A stretch of 64,000 bases of DNA from Octopus vulgaris (taxonomy: Eukaryota). Within the stretch, counting starts at the first letter, position 1. Every line of letters starts with the position of its first letter. The position numbers were made by a program, and so were the translations under genes. The stretch spans positions 183,086,001-183,150,000 of the forward strand of contig OX597814.1 of the NCBI GenBank assembly GCA_951406725.2. The letters run 5' to 3'. The notes under the pieces are model-generated. The model ran no database searches, was not told the DNA's origin, and saw only the letters and a program-made list of their open reading frames with translations. Below are positions 53,927 through 64,000 of the stretch, in pieces.

Positions 53927-54961
53927 GGAGTTTTATTTATTTATTCCTATGATTATAGTAACTAAATCTTACTGATGTTTGTCGATTGAAACTCTTCTCC
54001 ATTTTCTTCCTTGCCTTATATATACATATATATATAAAATGATGATGACGATGGTGATGGTGATATATTCATATATTTAGGTATATATGTATATATATAT
54101 ATATCTATGTGTGTATACATAGATACATATATGCACACACACATATGTATGTGTCTATCTATTTATCTGCCTACGCACATGCACACACACACACGCACAC
54201 ACACATACATACACACACACACACACAAACACACATATCTGAGGATAGAGAGAAGGTGGGATTCGAATGAATAAAGGGGGTAAGGAACAGAAGAGGATGA
54301 GAAAGAGTGGCGAGGTTAGCAAAATGTTGCAATTTGTGGAATAATGACGGTAATGCTTGCAGTGAACCGAATCTGGGATTCGTATTTTATTCTGAATGGC
54401 GTGATTATATTTCACGTATTCTGCATACTTGCAATTTCCGGCCGAAACCAATATCTCAGAATAGAATGCTTTCCGCCAAGTTGGTTTCTCCCTGATCCCT
54501 CACACGAAAAGAAAGTGTTCTATGTTGAACCAACAACCATATAAGAGTTAAAGGGAAAAATCTAATTTCACATATCTCTCAGAGAAAATTATGTAATGCT
54601 GCTCATGTGATGTATATATCAACAGGGCAAATGATTTAAATCTATTGGATGAGATACCGATACACACATGAATAACCATACAAGATAAAACACGATTTAT
54701 CGGTCCATAATTGTAAAACAACTGTACACACAGAAGGTGACACAACAGGATGACGTATACCATAACACATGAGACATGTATCGAGATATCACAGAAACTA
54801 CATATCAAAAGAACAAGTGGGATATACACACAGCAAACAGAATAAATAGATTGGGTACTGAACAGTGAAAATTCAATGGTTGAATTATTTCAAACTTACA
54901 TCTAGTATGAATTTTTTAAAAACAATAATGGCGGACAATATTATTTTCGAAACAACAAGAA

Positions 54962-55033
<72 letters not shown>

Positions 55034-55298
55034 TATATGTATAACTGCAAAAGTAAATATAATTCATTTCAGATGTTATTTAAACAAATATTAACTTAAT
55101 TAAAATATATTTGTGAGCTAAACTGTTAATAAGTAATTATGAAAAGTTTTTATTATGTTAATCTGATTGTTTGTACAAGCATGTTGTACATATACGTGTG
55201 ACTATTCAATGCATACATAAATGCATGTAACACAAGTTCAAATACATACTTGTGTATATAAGCATATGTGTATAAATGTATGTGTTTGTGTGTGTATG

Positions 55299-55333
<35 letters not shown>

Positions 55334-55393
55334 GTATATATATATGTATGTATGTATGTATGTATAATATTTATGTTTTTCTCACATATGTAT

Positions 55394-55458
<65 letters not shown>

Positions 55459-55534
55459 TATATATATGCATATGAATGCATACACATATGTAAACGCACT
55501 AACACACAAAGACGAGCATATCCGTGTTTTTATA

Positions 55535-55575
<41 letters not shown>

Positions 55576-55987
55576 GACTATACATAATTATTATGTGATT
55601 TGATACACACATACACGCATACACACAGACACAAACAAGCATACACACACAAAGCACACACACATATGTATATACATATGCAACTAGATGCATAATACCA
55701 TCGCATACACACCATCGCACACACACTCATAAAATTATACTCAGATCTATATAAGCATGGAAATATCTGCTTAGCGTTTCCTGCGTGCTTCCTCCAACGT
55801 GTAATATGTGTATGTGCTAAAGGTAAATCGATAAATATATTTAATTAAATGAACTTACATGTGTAGAGATGGTATACTATTTTGTCAGCCATGTGACACA
55901 TTTCACACAAAATACCTAAAAGGACGACAAAAAGATAAGTATCGGAACGAAACCTTGTGTGGATACATTCCAGAGGAGAAGAAAAAT

Positions 55988-56055
<68 letters not shown>

Positions 56056-56625
56056 CTATATATATATATCTCTCTATATATATATGCATATATATATATA
56101 TATATATATCTATATATATATACATACACATACATATATATACATATATATATATTTATATACACACACACATATCACATATATATATATATATACATAC
56201 ATACATGCATACATACATACATACATACATACATAAATACGTATACACATACACGAAGTCACACACACATGTATATATAGAGAAGGATTATTGAATAAAA
56301 ACGAATAGGCGAGAAAAAATAAAGAAATAAGAGAATTTCAAAATTTTATAAAAATTGGAATGAAAGTTGAACTCCCTGTCAAATAAAACTGTTTCTATAG
56401 CAACTATACATACATGTATATGATACATGTGTTAGGGGTTACATGTAATTTGGTGTGGGAATTTATGTGTTTTGAGTAATATACATGCAACAAAAAACGT
56501 CTCTTCGTTAATTCGTACAGCTACAGGTACATGATATATACTCGGCCGCATACACGATGAGCAAGTGTATTTGTATCTTGCCACAATGGTATCAAATATT
56601 AGTGTATACATAAATATATATATAA

Positions 56626-56817
56626 TTTTTAGGTTTCAGCTCAGAGCTGCGGCCATGCTGATGCACCACCGTTTTGCGCTACACTGCTATTACTAGGAGC
56701 CTCCTCTAATATGTGGCACTTGATGAAGAATGGAGTTTGAAATAGCTACCCTCATTTGCACCTCTTGTCGTGAGGTAGGCTCATCTGGGTCTCTCGACAG
56801 GAAGAGGTCCAGCTTTG

Positions 56818-56820
<3 letters not shown>
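56626..56820 (-). pseudogene. CR1-like LINE 3' end whose UTR matches the SINE-A tail
   Basis: KLDLFLSRDPDEP…AISNSILHQ, then ggtggtgcatcagcatggccgcagctctgagctgaaac. Confidence 0.75.
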
Positions 56821-56868
<48 letters not shown>

Positions 56869-56924
56869 GGTGCCCCAGCATGGCCACAGCTCATTAGCTG
56901 AAACTGGAAAAATCAAAAATCAAA

Positions 56925-56990
<66 letters not shown>

Positions 56991-56991
<1 letters not shown>

Positions 56992-57488
56992 TAGCAGTAT
57001 CGCCCGGCGTTGCTCGGGTTTGTAAGGGAAATAACTATATAAGCATTTTTAGAGAGTTACTTCCCTTATAGATGCTAATTCGGGCTTTCTTAGCCATTTC
57101 TGTTTTGGTGTCTTCAAGCCATGAAGTCGTTGTTCTAAAAGAACGCTGGTCTCCTTGACAACGCTTTACGACGTTGATTTCCTTGCACTCCCTTCCCCAC
57201 AGCTTCACGAGGGAGGGAAGAAGGGGGAGAAGCAAACAGGTGCAGGTGCGACCATGGACGCCAACTCCGCCGCCATCGACACACGAAAAATTATGCATTA
57301 AAATGGAATAAAAAAATGATGTTAAATTATTTTTAAAATCGTAGACTCATCGTAGACGCGCGCTAATACTCAGACGGGCTCGATATGAATCACGACTATA
57401 AGATACCCGAATTTGGTTAGACTGCACCGCAAAATGTGGGAGTAGTTAGGAATCTAAATCGAAGGGGACAGACACTCACACAACTACA

Positions 57489-57500
<12 letters not shown>
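56991..57500 (-). mobile_element. Non-autonomous Helitron
   Basis: Near-identical to 22678-23190; the 5' end merges into (TA)n. Confidence 0.85.
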
Positions 57501-57542
<42 letters not shown>

Positions 57543-57549
57543 ATGATGA

Positions 57550-57815
57550 GGTCGTTAATTTAAATATCGATCTTATCAAGTGTCCAGTATGGGAACAAAA
57601 ATCTTCAAAGGTAATAATTATTATTAAAATTATAATTTAAGGTATCTAAGAGATACCGCCACGCTGGAAATAACAGCCAAAATGTGACTCTAAAACTACG
57701 TTAAATGTTCATACAGCACCAGGAGAGAAGGCAAAAAGACAAAGTAAACTAGCAAAAAATGACTGGATAATTCCAGATACTGGATTTCTGGCTTTGCATA
57801 AGAAATACTTTGCCT
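57550..57815 (-). mobile_element. Inverted copy of the 10420-10695 repeat
   Basis: Colinear similarity; the CTGATG part of the HHR core is missing. Confidence 0.7.
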
Positions 57816-58057
57816 ATATACACATATACATACATATACATACATACATACATACACACATACATACATACATACATACATACATACATACATACATACA
57901 TACATACATACATACATACATACATACATTTACCCTCCGGCTGCACCTCTCCTACATACGGATCGCAGTGGACTCTACTCTTGATAAAAAAATCCTTGCA
58001 ATACACCACGACGTCAAAAAACCTTTGAACTTTACGTAAAACTGTTATTATTGTATA

Positions 58058-58230
58058 GATCGTTAGCGACTACACACATTTTTTTCTCTCCTTGTTTTAT
58101 CTGTGTCCCTTTCTGTAGAAGAGCGTAGGCTCGAAATGTAAAAGAATTTTTCTATTCCTGAGCGTTATACTAATACATCTGTTTGTTTTGTACACCGCCT
58201 GTCTTCCTCTTTTGTTTTTTTCGTAAACTC

Positions 58231-58236
<6 letters not shown>
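58058..58236 (+). mobile_element. HHR-bearing repeat, family E (motif at 58109-58144)
   Basis: cttt CTGTAGA a gagc gtag gctc GAAATGTA aaag; followed by (TA)n. Confidence 0.75.
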
Positions 58237-58305
<69 letters not shown>

Positions 58306-58316
<11 letters not shown>

Positions 58317-58431
58317 GAAATGAAGAAAATGCTGACAAAATAATTGAAGTAATTTAAGTAATTTAATTACTTAAATTACTTAAATTACTTCAATTATTTT
58401 GTCAGCATTTTCTTCATTTCCTTTTATATAT
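58306..58431. repeat. Near-perfect palindrome next to (TA)n
   Basis: taaaaggaaatgaagaaaatgctgacaaaataattgaagtaatttaag and its reverse complement. Confidence 0.9.
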
Positions 58432-58458
58432 CACAACTCGTGTTCGACATCTCCTTTT

Positions 58459-58497
<39 letters not shown>

Positions 58498-58809
58498 TTG
58501 TGTGCACAGCTTGTGACAGATCATGCCTTTCTTTTGCTAGGCTCAAATTTCATTTGAGGACCCATGGAAAAGGAACTTCCACCAGCTATTCTGACTATAT
58601 GTCTGTGCACACATTTCAATGCAACGTATGTCCAGAAAGTCTGCAAATCTAAAGGAGGCCTCAAAAGACATTTTAAGATCCCCAAAGATCAGAACTTAAC
58701 TGCAACTCTTGGTGGGCCAAATCGGATATGCAATCTATGTGGACGTATTTTCAGAACATTGTCTGGTTTAAAAAGTCACATCGGATGCCATGATGGTTCT
58801 AAGGTGTAA
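58498..58809 (+). pseudogene. Three C2H2 zinc fingers, frameshifted; probable RTE-clade LINE ORF2 C-terminus
   Basis: CTACDRSCLSFARLKFHLRTH / CNVC(fs)KVCKSKGGLKRH / CNLCGRIFRTLSGLKSHIGCH; no TGEKP linkers. Confidence 0.65.
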
Positions 58810-58871
58810 GTAGAGTTGACAACCACCAAATACACACACACACACACATATATATAAAATCACACGTTGAT

Positions 58872-59055
58872 TGTTGGCGATTTTTCCTTATTTATCCTTC
58901 TTTCTTTTTGGGTTTCTTTTCGTCGAAGAGCTATGCTCGAAGCGTTAACAACTCTCTCCTTTCACCGTGCGTCAAATTAATAATATATTGCTTGTGCACT
59001 TCGCTTTTTATTTTTCTTCTTTGCTGTTTAATTGTTTGTTCTTTGAATTGACTAT
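58872..59055 (+). mobile_element. Family F repeat with decayed HHR
   Basis: ttggcgatttt…gaagagctatgctcgaagcgttaa…ttgactatata. Confidence 0.6.
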
Positions 59056-60057
59056 ATATATATACATATATATACACATACATACACATACAGATATATA
59101 CTCATATAGACTCACATGTGAGTGTGTGTGTGTATGTTTGTGTTTACAAGTGGACAAACGAAAGTGGCGCTCAACACACTTGGTAGGATGTGTTGAGCCC
59201 CAATTTCATACCTTATTTAATAGCCTAATTCGGCTCCATGCAACTAACAGTTTCATTTGCTCGTCACACTAACTTAACTCGTCAAGTACGTAGAACCGAA
59301 TGAAGAGGAAACCAAAATGTCTTCTCGGTATAGAGCTGCTATTGGTCAACGGAGGTCACGTGGTTATCACTTTAGTTGTGACATCAATCCTCGCCTACGT
59401 TTTCTAGGGTTTTAAATTTAGAAGTGGATTTTGTAGTCGCAAACTGAAAGAAGCCTGTCGTTTACATAAATGTATATAAACCATATATCTACTGCTCTAA
59501 CGACACTCTCCTCACATATTCATATTCATTGATACGCAGAGTTTTAATCCTCATGGATGAAGCAATACTAATTTACAGCACTCAATACACTCTATACTAG
59601 TCATCTTTTTTCTGATCGGAGTTCTCTTTCTGTCACTGTCTATCTTTATGCATGTATGTATGTATGTATGTATGTATGTATGTATGTATGTATGTATGTA
59701 TGTATGTATGTATGTATGTATGTATGTATGTATGCATGCATGCATGCATGCATGTATGTATGTATGTATGTATGTATGTATGTATGTATGTATGTATGTA
59801 TGTGTCTGTCTGTCTATCAATTTATCTGCCAGTCTGTCCGTCTTTCTGTTTCTTTGTCTGTCAGCTGCTACCTCTCTCTCTCTCTCTGTCTGTCTGTCTG
59901 TCTATCTATCAATCCATCCATTCACCTACCCATCCATCCAGCTCAATTATATATTTATCCATCCACCCATCCATTCATCCTTTCATCAGTCCGTCCATCA
60001 ATCCATTCATTCATCCATCCATCCATCCATCCATCCTTCCATCCCTCCATCCATCCA

Positions 60058-60126
<69 letters not shown>

Positions 60127-60157
60127 GTATCTGTCTGTCTGTCTGTGTATCTGTCTG

Positions 60158-60243
<86 letters not shown>

Positions 60244-62077
60244 CTTCTTTGCTGCCTGTCAGTCTATCTATTGATTCCTACAGCTCTCAGTCTGCTTTTC
60301 AGTCAATTACGAGAAAACCTTTAAATAAATTATTGCTGATAAAGGCAAATTAATGAACATTCAATGAACGCATTTATTCCTCTAATCACACTGATGGAAA
60401 GCTACAAATATAATAGTAGCGGAAGTAGTATTATACTTTATGATAAAACTATATCAAAAATATGGGAAAACTGCCAGACATTGCAATGACACCATTAACG
60501 TTTGAAACCAGTTATTATTGACTGTGGGGTATTTTCAATTTTGTCTTCTCAATTTAATTACTATTATAAAACTATATACCCATTAACTACTTTCCCTTTT
60601 ACAAGACAGACCCAATTTCATTTGACATCCATAGCAGACGATGTGTCCGACCATTGTCAGATAACAAGCTAAGCGTTAGAAATGGGTTACACTGTGAAAT
60701 TTGATTAGAATTGATTGATCTTCAGTGCACTGACAACAATTCTTTGTCAGAATGGATTTTTATAGAAACTTTATATCATACAATCAGTTTGCTATCGACC
60801 TGATGATGAAAGCAGATCATTTCTGATTGGAACTTACGACTATTTATTAGTTTCACCCGGCATAACGAATAACAATCGCAAATGCTGACAGCAATGGCAG
60901 TCATATTGATTTTATAAGCAAGACATTTGAACAATAAACCAATGATTTATTCAATATAATCACTCTTTTAATATTTGCTACAGAAATCTCGTGGGTGGTA
61001 TCTGTACCATATTGTAAAAATGCCCTGGTCTTGGCCTTCTATATTTAATTTAATTTTCGCAGTTTTTTTTAACATCTGTTATAGGTCCTACCATTGATTG
61101 TTTTTTTTAATGCTTAAAATAGATATAAATTGTAGCGAAATTAAATTTATAGTATTTTGATATTCCACTTCGTGACGTTTATCAGACTAACCGAGTTAAA
61201 TAGATAATAGCTTTCTCATTGCGCTTGATTTTAAGTTTTTGGTTCATCTGTTTGTTATACGTTCAGGCCAATGAAAGAAAGATAGTTTCTAACTGAAAGC
61301 AATCACTAAAATATATGACATGAAAAGTTACTATGGCAACAAAGTAAACAGATGATTCTATTATTCCAACTTCGTAAAATATAATTAGACAAAACAAGAA
61401 TAATAATTGTATGAGTTCAATTTCGTCGTTTCACTTTATCATCCGAATGAATGATATCAAGTTGATCCAGACGAGATTTCAACTCCCAGTATTGAACTAG
61501 AAACTGTAGTGTATTACTTCTGCATGTATACTGTACAACTGATAATATACAAAAAGGCGATACAGGACGTTATTTTAAAGATCGTTCCAGCATTGTACGT
61601 AGATTCAGAACTATCTACGTGCAGTTAAACACAAATGACTGTGTCTAGTATGGTGTGTTATAACGTTTTAAAACTTATATCGTCACCATTCCACAATTCT
61701 CTTCAAACTGTGAAGCTTCCTTTCCGAGGGCCCAGGTCGGCCGGGACAAGAATCTGTTGATTTTTTTTCCTTGGCTTTTGAATTGCACTATAATTTTATT
61801 AACAGTAGCAAGAGGAATTTGAAGATTTTCGGCAAGTTATCGCTGGCTAAGACCAGGCAATATGACCTCTTTGAAAATCTGACAGTTCTGCTGATTTTTG
61901 TTTTTGCATGGCATGGTTACTCTTCACAAATGTTTAATATAATGGCACCCAGAATGAACTAGTACTTAGTTCACTTCACACAGACTCCCGAGACAGGTAT
62001 CGACACCACCGAATATAATTTCAGTTCACCTATAAGCCTAATACATTTGTGCTAAAATAAGAAATCAATCTTTAAAA

Positions 62078-62162
62078 CATAACTGGACAACGTCTACTAC
62101 AATACGTTACTTGGAGTAAAACACTCCAAGTAACGTATTGTAGTAGACGTTGTCCAGTTATG
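62078..62162. repeat. Perfect palindrome, 40-bp arms, 5-nt loop
   Basis: cataactggacaacgtctactacaatacgttacttggagt aaaac plus exact reverse complement. Confidence 0.95.
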
Positions 62163-63306
62163 GAATAAATTAAGCAATACTAGTATAAATTAACGAACAC
62201 ACAGAAAGGATAGCTACAACGGTATGATGACACCCCGTTTTGGCCTGCCAGTAGACTTCAGAAAAGATCTGTATTTTCTTTTGAAATTACACAAATATTT
62301 TATAAGTTTATCGTGTAGTTTGTTGTTTTCTTCTCTGCTTCTCTTATCTCTCATAGGCTTTCACCTCTTTTTCTTTTCTTTTGCACACGTAATGCATTCC
62401 TGTCTTAATTAAATATACGCCACGCAAACACAAATGCAGACACACCACACAGAAACGCTTATGACACCTTCAAGAAAAATGTACTGAACGATGGTAGATT
62501 AGTGCGATTGCATAATTACCTCTCAACAACTAATAATCTAAAATAAAAATCATTCTCTCCCCAACGGTGATATTTAGATTGTTAAGAGCAATAGGAAGTG
62601 ATTGCAATAACAGTTTTATCTGGTTTTTACCTTTTCGGCTACCAAGGGAAATATTTTTCTTAAAATTAAATTTAATATGTACACACCATTTAGCGCTACT
62701 TGTTGTAAACAATATGGTAATTTCGTGTTCATGGCATTCAATATTGATTTCGCTGTCGAGAACTTGTTATTTTAGATGTGTTAGGTTCATTTTTCTGTCG
62801 GTATTAATGTAAGTGTATTTATAGAATATGCAAATGTATGGCCGAATGGCTAAAACGTTTGTTTCTCAATCATAAGCATCCGTATATATTGCATTCTAGT
62901 TTCGGGCTGACCGAAACCCTAGGAAGGTCATCGGATGGATTATGTCGTGTTGCATATCGCGTGAATCTGATACTTCCTGGGTATAACGTTGATGATACAC
63001 CTGTCTGAGAAATCCTCAGCTATTTGCTCGTTAATTTAACGAGCAGATAATTAAATTGATGGAAGACCCATTGCCAACAATTCTATACAGTTTGTCTACA
63101 TCCCTCTATAAGACAAGTAATATATTTAACACAAAGCCAACTCCTTCCACCCAAACAAACAAAACAAAACAAACACTTAGCAGGTATGCAGAGATTTTCT
63201 TTTTAACTATATCGTTCGAGAAGTCACACAGCACCGTTGGGAGAAGTAGAAAATATGGGATAAAACATATCCGGATATTCGAGATCAGTAATGGATATCA
63301 GTAATG

Positions 63307-63349
<43 letters not shown>

Positions 63350-63350
63350 C

Positions 63351-63560
63351 CACATTTTATCAATTCAATAATGAAAAATTAAATTATAACATTTAGAAAA
63401 ATTACATATAGAAAGATTATTTTATTTATTTTTTATTTATTATTATTGTGCACATTACTAAATCATTGTTATATGTTTTATCTTATATTTAATCTTTCTA
63501 TAATATGTAATATTCTAGATGGTATAATTTAATTTTTCATTATTGAATTGATAAAAGGTG
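63351..63560. repeat. AT-rich inverted repeat (~70-bp arms)
   Basis: 63351-63419 is approximately the reverse complement of 63490-63560. Confidence 0.8.
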
Positions 63561-63868
63561 TTTTTTTTTCTAATTTATATATGTATATTATATTTAGTGA
63601 TATTTGATTTAGTATTTCTAAATTGAATTTTTCCCTGTAAGTTTGGAATAATATTCCCTCATATATATAATGTGTGTGTATGTGTTTGTGTGTGTGTATA
63701 TATATGTATATATGTGTATATGTATATACACAGATATGACAGAAGTAAATAGACACTCTTATAATCATTAAAATTTATTTCAATGTGAAATTATACATTC
63801 AAATTATTTATTAGTTATTACAATGTAAATATCTAATATTTAATGTACATGCCCTTTGTATTTTTCAG

Positions 63869-64000
63869 TGCAAGGATCCTATAAAGCATGCTACTGCTCA
63901 GATGACGAATATTCTCTTGGAGAATTTCTTGTCAAGTTTCCAGCTGTAATCTCAAAAGATCTGGCTTTGAGGAGGCTTTCTTGTTCTTTTTACGAAGTGT
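63869..64000 (+). CDS. Possible exon start, product unknown
   Basis: ctaat branch-like motif, ctttgtatttttcag acceptor, one frame open to the window end (QGSYKACYCSDDEYSLGEFLVKFPAV…). Confidence 0.3.

Noticed and set aside
54290-54850. Short ORFs in a unique-looking region
   Set aside because: No recognisable motifs or clear splice sites

Overview
AT-rich, microsatellite-saturated eukaryotic non-coding DNA (intergenic or intronic). The repeat repertoire looks like an octopus/cephalopod genome, which is my inference. No intact protein-coding gene is present, and almost all listed ORFs are translations of (TA)n, (CATA)n, (TATC)n or (TTC)n repeats. Recognisable content: three tRNA-derived SINE families (A, B, D), non-autonomous Helitrons, a mariner-type MITE, decayed Penelope-like elements (RT plus GIY-YIG), R4/Dong-like, CR1-like, RTE-like and Tx1-like LINE remnants, and several long palindromes. 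The most notable signal is about a dozen minimal type I hammerhead-ribozyme (HHR) motifs in at least six short repeat families. These include covarying U3-A8 and CUGUAGA core variants and one tRNA-box SINE-like element carrying a canonical HHR. Also notable: a SINE that repeatedly inserts into its own promoter spacer, and a SINE/LINE pair sharing a 3' tail. All calls are by eye; no folding, alignment or database search was run.
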